Shown: in pieces, positions 27,074 to 35,195 of the stretch
Layout: the number at the start of each line of letters is the position of its first letter
Position numbering within the stretch: position 1 is the first letter of the stretch
Source: Actinomycetota bacterium
Lineage (GTDB): Bacteria; Actinomycetota; Actinomycetes; Actinomycetales; Microbacteriaceae
Direction: 5' to 3'
Assembly: GCA_039799865.1 (NCBI GenBank)
Contig: JBDLRV010000046.1
Coordinates: 9,068 to 73,067, forward strand
Length of the DNA stretch: 64,000 bases
Position numbers and translations under genes: made by a program
The notes under the pieces: generated by a model
Databases searched by the model: none
What the model was told of the DNA's origin: nothing
What the model saw: the letters and a program-made list of their open reading frames with translations, nothing else

Positions 27074-28248
27074 GAGGAAACAAATTGAAGCGTAGAAAAC
27101 TAGCATTTGGTGCTCTGCTTGCTTCATCATCACTATTCCTGGCAAGCTGTGCAGCTGACAGTGGGGGACTAACGCTGACAGTGCCAGACGTTCCTATGCA
27201 ACAGGAGCTTGGTGAGTATGAAGGAGAGCTGAACATCATTAACTGGTCTGGCTTTGTTGAGCCTGCCTGGACAGACAAGTTCACAGCTGACACTGGCTGC
27301 AAGGTAAACCCTCGCGTTGCTGGAACAAGTGATGAGATGGTTACCCTAATGCGAACTGGAGAGTACGACATTGTCTCTGCATCAGGTGACGCAGCGCTGC
27401 GTCTAATTGTTGGTGGAGACGTTGCACCATTGAATCTCGAACTAGTACCCAACTTCTCCGAAGACATCGCAGAGGGTATGAAGGGTCAGATTTACGACAC
27501 AGTAAACGGCAAGGCCTACGGTGTGCCAATTGGTCGTGGTGCCAACCTATTGCAGTACAACGAGACTGTGACCGGTGGGGCTCCTGAGAGCTGGGACGTT
27601 GTATGGGAAACAGACACTCCATACGCCGGCAAGATCACTGCTTACGATGCACCTATCTACATCGCTGACGCCGCTGTCTATCTGATGTACCACAAGCCAG
27701 AGCTCAACATCAAGAACCCATACGCTCTTGACGAGACTCAGCTTGCTGCTGCAATCGATCTGCTAAAGCAGCAGAACACAATCATCGGTGAGTACTGGGC
27801 AGACCCAGTTGCACAGATTACTTCCTTCGTAGGTGGCAACGTAGTTGTTGGTACCTCATGGGAAGTTCTGCGCAAGTTTGCAGCCCAGGACAACATCAAG
27901 ACAACCCTTCCAATTGAGGGGTCGACTGGATGGTATGACGCATGGCTGCTTTCTTCGACTGCGAAGAATCCAAACTGCGCATATGCCTGGATGAACTACA
28001 CCAGCACACCAGAAGTTAATGGCGCAATTGCCATGAACTTTGGTATGGCTCCAGCCAACATCGCATTCTGCAAGTCAAGTCCAGAGGCTCAAGCTCACTG
28101 TGACGAATTCTTCGCAGAAGACGAGGAGTTCTTCTCCAGAATCTGGCCATGGACCACCCCAATCGAGGAGTGTGTGGACGGACGTACTGACGTCAAGTGC
28201 ACCAGCTTCCAAGATTGGACTAACGCCTGGGCAACAGTTAAGGGCTAA
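27070..28248 (+). CDS. Polyamine ABC transporter substrate-binding lipoprotein (PotD/YdcS-like)
   Basis: Lipobox LASC; F...TGCKVN, SASGDA.LRLI, EGSTGW.D.W; ATGA coupling to potA. Confidence 0.88.
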   Translation: MRGNKLKRRKLAFGALLASSSLFLASCAADSGGLTLTVPDVPMQQELGEYEGELNIINWSGFVEPAWTDKFTADTGCKVNPRVAGTSDEMVTLMRTGEYDIVSASGDAALRLIVGGDVAPLNLELVPNFSEDIAEGMKGQIYDTVNGKAYGVPIGRGANLLQYNETVTGGAPESWDVVWETDTPYAGKITAYDAPIYIADAAVYLMYHKPELNIKNPYALDETQLAAAIDLLKQQNTIIGEYWADPVAQITSFVGGNVVVGTSWEVLRKFAAQDNIKTTLPIEGSTGWYDAWLLSSTAKNPNCAYAWMNYTSTPEVNGAIAMNFGMAPANIAFCKSSPEAQAHCDEFFAEDEEFFSRIWPWTTPIEECVDGRTDVKCTSFQDWTNAWATVKG

Positions 28249-28255
28249 TGAGAGT

Positions 28256-28283
28256 TACTGGGTGGGGGAAACCCCACCCAGTA
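28256..28283 (+). terminator. Intra-operonic GNRA stem-loop after the SBP gene
   Basis: 12-bp stem TACTGGGTGGGG-GAAA-CCCCACCCAGTA; no U-tract. Confidence 0.7.
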
Positions 28284-28307
28284 TTCCCAAGCATTTTCGG
28301 GAGGTGA

Positions 28308-29195
28308 GTGATGACTTCAGGAATTACAAAAGTAAAAACTGAAATGCCAATCTCCTCCTACTTGCACCTTCATCCCAAAGTTAGGCTTAGAGCGCTCTTA
28401 GCTCTGCCAATGACTTGGATTGTTGGTGTTTACATCATTTCGCTATTTCTTCTTTTGATCACAGCATTCTGGTACGTGGATCCATTCACCTCTTTGGTTC
28501 GTCCAGGATTTACGCTTGAAAACTTTGTTGCTATTTTTACTACCCCTGCATACATTGCAACTTCAATCCGAACACTACTAATTGCTCTCGGAGTCACTGC
28601 CCTCTGCATTGTCTTTTCAATTCCGCTTGGAATCTATATGGCAAAGATTGCCCGCCCCTGGGTGAGAAACCTATTGGCAGTTTTCATAACCTTGCCACTA
28701 TGGGCTGGCTATTTGGTCAAGCTTTTGGCAATGAGACTCACTTTTACTGAGAACGGCTTCGTGAATTGGCTGCTGAATCCATTAGGAATTTCCGGTCCTG
28801 GTTTTGGAATTCCGGTGGTGATTCTCGCGCTGGCCTATCTATGGTTCCCCTACATGGCACTGCCCGTATTCACTGCAATCAGGCAGCTGCCCACCAATCT
28901 TTTCGATGCTTCTGCTGATCTCGGTCATAAAGCATGGCCGACAATCTTTCGGGTAGTTCTTCCCCTAATTACTCCGGCCATAATCGCCGGTTCAGTATTT
29001 ACCTTCTCCCTGAGCTTGGGCGATTATTTAGCTGCTCGATTTGTGGGCGGATCAACTCAGATGATTGGTTCAATCATTGCTTCAAACATCAACCTAAATC
29101 CACCTGTCGCCGCAGCGTTTTCTATGGTTCCAATCGCATTCATCGTCATGTATCTAATGGTGGCAAGAAGAACCGGATCATTGGAGCGAATGTAA
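28308..29195 (+). CDS. Polyamine ABC transporter permease (PotB-like)
   Basis: LPLWAGYLVK, DASADLG EAA loop, FSLSLGDY. Confidence 0.88.
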   Translation: MMTSGITKVKTEMPISSYLHLHPKVRLRALLALPMTWIVGVYIISLFLLLITAFWYVDPFTSLVRPGFTLENFVAIFTTPAYIATSIRTLLIALGVTALCIVFSIPLGIYMAKIARPWVRNLLAVFITLPLWAGYLVKLLAMRLTFTENGFVNWLLNPLGISGPGFGIPVVILALAYLWFPYMALPVFTAIRQLPTNLFDASADLGHKAWPTIFRVVLPLITPAIIAGSVFTFSLSLGDYLAARFVGGSTQMIGSIIASNINLNPPVAAAFSMVPIAFIVMYLMVARRTGSLERM

Positions 29196-30007
29196 TGCTT
29201 AGGTTTTCTCGTTTATCCAAAGCGGTAATGCTTGCAATCATCGGCTTAATTTTGGCGTTTATGTATGTGCCGCTTTTTATCTTGATTTTAAATTCGCTAA
29301 ATGAAGCTCAGGTTAGCTCCTGGCCAATAGAAAGTTATTCACTGAAGTGGTGGGAGACCGCAGCTGAATTAGAGGCAATTCGCAATGCACTGTTGAACTC
29401 AGTACTTGTGGCTTTTGGGGCCATGGTTGTGGCCTCGATCCTCGGAACACTAGCTGCTTTTGCGCTATCCAGATTTAGCTTCTTCGGTAAGAGCACAGTC
29501 AATTTGTTGATTGTCTTGCCGATTGCCCTGCCGGGTGTAGTCACAGGCGTTGCCTTTAGCAATACGTACAGCAACTTCCTCACGCCTGCAGGATTTCAAA
29601 TTGGCTACTTTGGAATGATTGTCGCCCACGCCACGTTCTGCATAGTCATGGTTTTCAACAACGTCATTGCTCGCCTTAGGCGAATGAATCCAAATCTCCA
29701 GGAAGCGTCGATGGATCTGGGGCAGGGGGTTTGGGGAACCTTTAGGTTGGTCACTTTTCCTCAGTTCAGAGCAGCTTTTGGTGCTGGTGCACTGCTTGCG
29801 TTTGCACTGAGCTTTGACGAAGTTGTTGTCACAATCTTCACAGCACCACCTGGGGTTGACACCATTCCACTTTGGATATTGAAGGAAATGGCTAGGCCAA
29901 CTCAGGCGAGCGTAGTGAATGTGGTGGCAACGGTCATTATCGTTTTGTCGCTGATTCCCGTTTATGTTTCCCAGAGGCTTTCCAGGGCCGCTGACGATTC
30001 TAAATAA
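29195..30007 (+). CDS. Polyamine ABC transporter permease (PotC-like)
   Basis: TAATG coupling at 29195; EASMDLG, LLAFALSFDEVVVT. Confidence 0.88.
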   Translation: MLRFSRLSKAVMLAIIGLILAFMYVPLFILILNSLNEAQVSSWPIESYSLKWWETAAELEAIRNALLNSVLVAFGAMVVASILGTLAAFALSRFSFFGKSTVNLLIVLPIALPGVVTGVAFSNTYSNFLTPAGFQIGYFGMIVAHATFCIVMVFNNVIARLRRMNPNLQEASMDLGQGVWGTFRLVTFPQFRAAFGAGALLAFALSFDEVVVTIFTAPPGVDTIPLWILKEMARPTQASVVNVVATVIIVLSLIPVYVSQRLSRAADDSK

Positions 30008-30010
30008 TGA

Positions 30011-30400
30011 TTAGCTAAACAGATCTAAACGTGATCTAACTAGCTTTTCAAAGGACCTTACACTGCCGTCCAATGCCTTCAGTTCGACGAAGTCAAGAAA
30101 CATGGACAAGGACCCGTCATCATTCTGTAGCAGGACACAAGGCTCCCTTCCTGCCGAGGCTTTGAGCTCAGCCTCGGTTCTTTCATTCATGTGGACGAGT
30201 CGAACAGAGATATCAAAGTCAGCAAGCAGTCTCTTTTCGAAGGCTTTGAACTCACCTTTTTTCTTCACGGGGGAGTGGGTTATATCGCACAAACTGCATT
30301 CGCGAGTTCCGATAAGGTGCCCCAGGAAATAGCTCAACTCCCCTAGGAAACCCCCATCGGCCTTATACACACCTAAGAGTCTTCGGGAGTAGTTGGTCAC
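30011..30400 (-). CDS. Hypothetical protein with CxxC motif (possibly thioredoxin-like)
   Basis: GVY.ADGG..GELSY...H......CSLCDITH. Confidence 0.7.
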   Translation of the reverse strand: MTNYSRRLLGVYKADGGFLGELSYFLGHLIGTRECSLCDITHSPVKKKGEFKAFEKRLLADFDISVRLVHMNERTEAELKASAGREPCVLLQNDDGSLSMFLDFVELKALDGSVRSFEKLVRSRLDLFS

Positions 30401-30514
30401 TTCTGTTGCAACCTAAAAACAATGCACATTCTTCCCGCCAGTGGCGAGTAAGTCCATTCAGGGATTTATGAGGATTCTTGGGTAGTTTGAACTCAACCTA
30501 TAGAGAGAAACGCA

Positions 30515-30667
30515 ATGGACTTTCCTATCAATGAAAGCTCGGTCATGCTTGTAGTGGCCACTATCCCAACAACCTTATTGATTGGCATGATGCTTTACTT
30601 TGCCATCTCTGGGATCTTAGGCAAGTCCTCGAAGCAACCTGATTCAAGTCACTTCAGCCGCGGGTAA
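30515..30667 (+). CDS. Putative 50-aa single-TM small protein (MDFPINESSVMLVVATIPTTLLIGMMLYFAISGILGKSSKQPDSSHFSRG)
   Basis: Manual translation; purine-rich GAGAGAAA before ATG; hydrophobic helix; fills an otherwise empty gap. Confidence 0.55.
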   Translation: MDFPINESSVMLVVATIPTTLLIGMMLYFAISGILGKSSKQPDSSHFSRG

Positions 30668-31194
30668 CTCGCCTGATAAACATCGACAGTTACCCTTTCG
30701 CCCTTGAAGTCTTCCTCCCAGCTTCTTTCAGGCTGGATTTCAAAACCTAATGCAATGAGCAATTTGCTCGCTTGAATATTTCGCCTGTCGGTGCTGGCCT
30801 CGAGGCTAGTTGCGCCAACTTCATCAACCAAATACTCGACGACCCTGCCTACCGCTTCGCGCCCAAAGCCTTTACCTTGAAATTCCGGCGCCAGGGTGAA
30901 TCCGAGCTCAAAGCTGGCGTTCGTTGCATCCAGCGAATGCAATGCCACATCCCCTACTAGAAAATTAGTTTTGAGTTCATGAATGGCTAGTTGCAGCCAC
31001 TCGCCTTCGGCTGGAAGATCGATGCCAGCGTGTGCTGCTACCAACTTCATTCCCTCCTCTACCGAGTAGGAAACTTCCCAGCTTTGGTACTTTGCAACTT
31101 CAGGATTCTGTCGATAGCGCACAAAGGCGAGAACATCTTCGGCGGCCAAAGGCTGGAGGGACAACCTTTCAGTTTTCAGCGGAAAGCGCACCAT
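30649..31194 (-). CDS. RimJ/RimL-family GNAT acetyltransferase
   Basis: TERL.L.P, ELGFTLAPEFQGKGFGREA, N..S.KLL..LGF. Confidence 0.88.
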   Translation of the reverse strand: MVRFPLKTERLSLQPLAAEDVLAFVRYRQNPEVAKYQSWEVSYSVEEGMKLVAAHAGIDLPAEGEWLQLAIHELKTNFLVGDVALHSLDATNASFELGFTLAPEFQGKGFGREAVGRVVEYLVDEVGATSLEASTDRRNIQASKLLIALGFEIQPERSWEEDFKGERVTVDVYQASYPRLK

Positions 31195-31243
31195 GGAAGC
31201 CTATTGTTTCGCGCAAAGAGTTTGCTCTAGAGCGTTAGTGGTT

Positions 31244-31319
31244 TGGTAGGCCCCGTCGGGATCGAACCGACGACCCACGGATTAAAAGTCCGTTGCTCTA
31301 CCGACTGAGCTAGAGGCCC
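31244..31319 (-). tRNA. tRNA-Lys(TTT)
   Basis: Reverse complement GGGCCTCTAGCTCAGTCGGTAGAGCAACGGACTTTTAATCCGTGGGTCGTCGGTTCGATCCCGACGGGGCCTACCA. Confidence 0.95.
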
Positions 31320-31360
31320 CTGCAGCCTAGAAGTCTAACAGGGCAACAAAAGTCACCCGA

Positions 31361-31398
31361 TAGTAAAGGACCGAGGCAAGTCGCCTCGGTCCTCACTA
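31361..31398 (-). terminator. Stem-loop downstream of the dehydrogenase gene
   Basis: AGGACCGAGGC / GCCTCGGTCCT inverted repeat, extendable with G-U pairs on the minus strand. Confidence 0.7.
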
Positions 31399-31412
31399 TA
31401 GGTTTTCTTTGA

Positions 31413-32708
31413 CTAGTCTTCCCAGTCGTCATCAATGACGCTCGGGTTTTCAGGGTTTCTATCCTGCATACCCCAGGGCTGCTTGTAGGCGGTCGACATC
31501 AAGTCGAGAAATACTTTCGGCTCAAATTCCTCTGGCGCCATCACGCCCTTTCCTGCCCACTCGCCCTTCTCCAACAGCTCTAGCGCAACAACAGGGACAA
31601 GTGCTGTTTGCCAAACTACGGCCTGAGCATCGAACTCAGCCGCTGTCCAAGCTGTGTCAGCTACGTGATACAGGAAGGTGGCTCTGTCATTGCCATCCTT
31701 GCCTTTTCCAGTCACAAGTGTCCCGGCGCAGGTTTTTCCAGTCATGCGATCTACCAGTGATGCTGGATCTGGAAGAACTGCCGCAACCACATCTCTAGGC
31801 GACACTTCCGCCCTGCCCGAGCGCGAGCGAACCCAAACAGGATTGACCTTGTCCAGACCGAGTGCGTTTAGAGTCTTGAGAACGCTAATGAATTCTGAAC
31901 CCAGTCCGTACTTAAATGTGACGCGCTTGGCATCGATAGTTCTGGGAAGCATGTTTACTTCCTCGTGCTCAACGTTCACACACTTAATCGGTCCAATCTC
32001 TTCAGGGAACTCGAAAAGTTCTGGCTCGCTAAATGGTCTAGTTGTATACCATCCACGTTCCTTTTCCCAGATCAGCGGAGGATTTAGACACTCTTCGATG
32101 ACAGTCCAAATGGAGAACGAAGGAGCAAAAATCTCCTCGCCTTCATCGTTAGTCACGACCAGGTTTCCACCATCAAGAATCGAAATCTCATCAATCTCGC
32201 TAAACAGATAATCAGCCGCATACTTAGCGAAAATGTTTGAGATTCCAGGCTCCGCACCAACACCAATCAGAGCAAGCAGGCCTGCTTTTTCCCACTCATT
32301 GTGTTTTGAGTATTGCCAGTCACCAAGCTTTTCAGCTGGCTTGTTGTATGGATCCTCTGGATGAGGGTGGCTCAGGCTTAGAGCCATATCCATGTAGTTC
32401 GCCCCTGCCATAAGGGATGCCTGAAAGACAGATTGAACGAATTTTGGCTCTACGGCGTTGAGAACGTGGGTTGCAGCATGCTTGATGGCAAGGTCTGCCA
32501 CCAAACTTGGATCACTGGCATCAATCTGGGCTGCCTCAAATTTGTTTGAGATTTCCGCAGGATGCCATTTCTTGACCCAGTCGACTGTCCGTTGGGCCCG
32601 CTCAAGCGAGTAGTCAGAGACAATCATTTTTTCGAAGAAGTTACGCTCAGCAGCAATTTTGACGATAGCGTCGCCAACGCCGCCTGCTCCAATGAGCAAG
32701 ATACGCAT
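31413..32708 (-). CDS. Saccharopine dehydrogenase / carboxy(nor)spermidine dehydrogenase-like oxidoreductase
   Basis: LIGAGGVG, NYMDMA, GVGAEPGISN, VEHEEV, GKTCAG. Confidence 0.85.
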   Translation of the reverse strand: MRILLIGAGGVGDAIVKIAAERNFFEKMIVSDYSLERAQRTVDWVKKWHPAEISNKFEAAQIDASDPSLVADLAIKHAATHVLNAVEPKFVQSVFQASLMAGANYMDMALSLSHPHPEDPYNKPAEKLGDWQYSKHNEWEKAGLLALIGVGAEPGISNIFAKYAADYLFSEIDEISILDGGNLVVTNDEGEEIFAPSFSIWTVIEECLNPPLIWEKERGWYTTRPFSEPELFEFPEEIGPIKCVNVEHEEVNMLPRTIDAKRVTFKYGLGSEFISVLKTLNALGLDKVNPVWVRSRSGRAEVSPRDVVAAVLPDPASLVDRMTGKTCAGTLVTGKGKDGNDRATFLYHVADTAWTAAEFDAQAVVWQTALVPVVALELLEKGEWAGKGVMAPEEFEPKVFLDLMSTAYKQPWGMQDRNPENPSVIDDDWED

Positions 32709-32764
32709 TGATTTTCACAACCAAACAAGTTGACCGAATTTTTAGACGGGCCCAGTCTCTGCCC

Positions 32765-32821
32765 TCATCCACCGATAGGCACAAGCCTCTTTGGCGTCAC
32801 AGCTAGTAACCGTGCCTTCAC
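32765..32821 (-). other. Candidate leader uORF (MKARLLAVTPKRLVPIGG*) within a structured 5' leader
   Basis: GTG at 32821 to TGA at 32765, 19 codons, co-located with nested inverted repeats, ending 56 nt upstream of the dehydrogenase ATG. Confidence 0.4.
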
Positions 32822-32865
32822 CTGGTGAACTACCCTCTAATTATCCCTGAGAGCCCGAAAATTTG

Positions 32866-33663
32866 CTAGTCAACAAGCTGACGAATGGGCACAACAACAG
32901 GGGTTTTCGCGACTGGGTCTTCTATTACCCGGGCCAAAATATTGAATCCTTCCCCCAGATTTGTAGGGGTAATTACTTCTTTGGGAGTTCCCTGAGAAAT
33001 TATTTTTCCGTTTTTTAAAACGATAATCCGATCAGCAAATCGCGCCGCCAAATTTAGGTCATGTATAACTGCGATTACTGTCATCCCGCGTTCTTTCTTG
33101 AGGGATGAAAGCAGGTTTATCACCTGTAGCTGGTGAGAGTAATCAAGAGAGTTGGTTGGCTCATCAAGAAGCAAAACCTGTGGATCTTTGACCAAAGCTG
33201 CAGCAATTACGGCTATCTGGCGCCAACCAGAAGAAAGTTCACCAATCTTTTTCTTTTGAAGTGCTTGGAGTCCAGTTCTTTGCAGAATGTCATCGATTTG
33301 CTGTTTTATCCGGGGGCTGACTCGAGAGATTTGATTTGCCAGGAGAGCACTTCGAGATATCAGCTCAAAAACACTTTCGGTATTGCGTGTCGCTGGGATA
33401 GTTCCAAGAAATCCAATTGCATCATTTAGCTCGGTTTTACTAAGGGTGCTGATTGAAACTCCATCGAGTAAAACGGCACCTTTTGACGCTTTTATTTTCC
33501 TTGCCAAAGCCTTTAGAAGCGCACTCTTGCCAGCGCCGTTTGCTCCAACCACTGCGGTGATAGAACCGGCAGAGAACTCAAGGTCCAGATTCTTTATGAC
33601 AGCCTCAGCTGAATAGCCTGCGTTTAGTGCCTGTGCAGCCAGCTTCGACTCGGAGTCATACAT
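32866..33663 (-). CDS. FecE/FepC-type (iron-siderophore/cobalamin) ABC ATP-binding protein, orphan
   Basis: GANGAGKS, LSSGWRQ, LLLDEPTNSLD..HQ, VIHDLNLAARFAD. Confidence 0.85.
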   Translation of the reverse strand: MYDSESKLAAQALNAGYSAEAVIKNLDLEFSAGSITAVVGANGAGKSALLKALARKIKASKGAVLLDGVSISTLSKTELNDAIGFLGTIPATRNTESVFELISRSALLANQISRVSPRIKQQIDDILQRTGLQALQKKKIGELSSGWRQIAVIAAALVKDPQVLLLDEPTNSLDYSHQLQVINLLSSLKKERGMTVIAVIHDLNLAARFADRIIVLKNGKIISQGTPKEVITPTNLGEGFNILARVIEDPVAKTPVVVPIRQLVD

Positions 33664-33673
33664 ACGTCAAAGC

Positions 33674-35137
33674 TTAGAACTTAGAAGTCGCTTGCATCCC
33701 AGTCAGCCAGCGATTGTAATCAGCGGATCTGTCCGTCTTTGGTTCAAATCTCTCGGCTTCAGGGTTCAATGACCGAAGCTCTTGCTGAGAGCTCCAGATC
33801 CCACCGCCAAGACCAGCAAGCAGTCCCGCACCAAGCCCAGTAGATTCAAGATTTTTTGCTCTGACCACACTGGCGCCGATCACATCTGCTTGCAACTGAA
33901 GTAGAAGACTGTTGGCTGCAGCTCCGCCATCGACTCTTAGCTGCTGAACTGGTTTCGCGGAGTCCTGGACCATAGCCGAGATAACAGCATTTACTTGAAA
34001 AGCGATAGCTTCCAGTGTCGCGTAGGCGATGTTCGAGCGAGAAGATCCTCTAGTAAGCCCTAGCAAACTTCCTCTTATTTCAGAGTTCCAAAAAGGTGCA
34101 CCCAATCCGGTAAGGGCAGGAACGAATGTCACGCCATCACTAGAACCTGAGCGCATTGCCAAGCTTTCAACATCTGAAGACTTTTCAATGATGCCAAGCT
34201 GGTCTCTAAGCCACTGAACTGCAGCACCTGCAATAAATACTGAACCTTCTGAGGCGTAGGTCATTTCACCACCGGGCGATTGCCAAGCAACAGTGGCCAA
34301 TAAGCCGTGGTTGCTGATGACTATGTCCTTACCGGTATTCGTGAGAATGAATGCACCTGTCCCGTAAGTGCACTTGGAATTCCCGACATCAAATCCTGTT
34401 TGACCAAAGAGTGCAGCCTGCTGATCACCAGCCATTCCAGTGATTGGTGCGGATAGTCCAAAGAAACTAGATGGGTCAACGTGAGCCAAGTCTCCCCAGC
34501 AGGGAACTATTCGGGGGAGAGCTGACATTGGAATTTCAAATGCTGAGAGCAACTGGGAATCCCAGCTTGCCGTTTCAAGACTCATAAGTTGAGTTCTTGA
34601 AGCATTAGATGCATCCGTTATGTGGTATTTACCACCTGAAAGTCTTGCGACTAGGTAGCTGTCGATTGTTCCTAGCGCATACCTGCCACTTTCAACACCA
34701 GACCAAACTTCAGGTAGGTTGCGCTTCCACCACAAAAACTTACTTGCTGTGAAGTAGGGATCTATATTGAGTCCACTTCGCTTCCGTATCCAATCACCAG
34801 AATTTTTTTCACTAAGTTCGCTAGTGAAAATTGAAGTTCGTCGATCTTGCCAAACAATCGCTTTGGTCGGTGACTTCAGGGTCTGTCGATCCCACACAAC
34901 CGCCGTTTCTCGCTGGTTGGTAATGCCGATGCAGCTGATTTCCAGCTGCTCAACACCTGCAGACTTTGCTGCCTTTAGCGTGGCCTGCCAAATTTGCTCG
35001 GGGTCGTGTTCCACCCAGCCGGGCTCAGGAAAGTGCTGTTCAAACTCGCTGTAACCGCGGGCAACAATTTCACCGGTTTCGCTAATCACTAGAACTGTCA
35101 CGCCGGTCGTGCCAGCATCAATGGCCATAATCGACAT
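33674..35137 (-). CDS. glpK: Glycerol kinase
   Basis: IDAGTTG, GITNQRET, WQDRR, DASNASRT, GDQQAALFG, KCTYGTG; GGAGGTG RBS. Confidence 0.93.
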   Translation of the reverse strand: MSIMAIDAGTTGVTVLVISETGEIVARGYSEFEQHFPEPGWVEHDPEQIWQATLKAAKSAGVEQLEISCIGITNQRETAVVWDRQTLKSPTKAIVWQDRRTSIFTSELSEKNSGDWIRKRSGLNIDPYFTASKFLWWKRNLPEVWSGVESGRYALGTIDSYLVARLSGGKYHITDASNASRTQLMSLETASWDSQLLSAFEIPMSALPRIVPCWGDLAHVDPSSFFGLSAPITGMAGDQQAALFGQTGFDVGNSKCTYGTGAFILTNTGKDIVISNHGLLATVAWQSPGGEMTYASEGSVFIAGAAVQWLRDQLGIIEKSSDVESLAMRSGSSDGVTFVPALTGLGAPFWNSEIRGSLLGLTRGSSRSNIAYATLEAIAFQVNAVISAMVQDSAKPVQQLRVDGGAAANSLLLQLQADVIGASVVRAKNLESTGLGAGLLAGLGGGIWSSQQELRSLNPEAERFEPKTDRSADYNRWLTGMQATSKF

Positions 35138-35195
35138 CGATTCACCTCCAGGTGAGTTGGACCCTACCCTTGAATTCTCGAATTATGCTTGCACT

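Noticed and set aside
28934-29194. N-terminal extension of the PotC-like permease
   Set aside because: Lies within the PotB-like gene; TAATG coupling gives the start at 29195.
32806-32821. GTAAC-N6-TTCAC as a GlnR site in the dehydrogenase leader
   Set aside because: Weak second half-site and it lies inside the predicted stem/uORF; kept only as an alternative explanation for that element.
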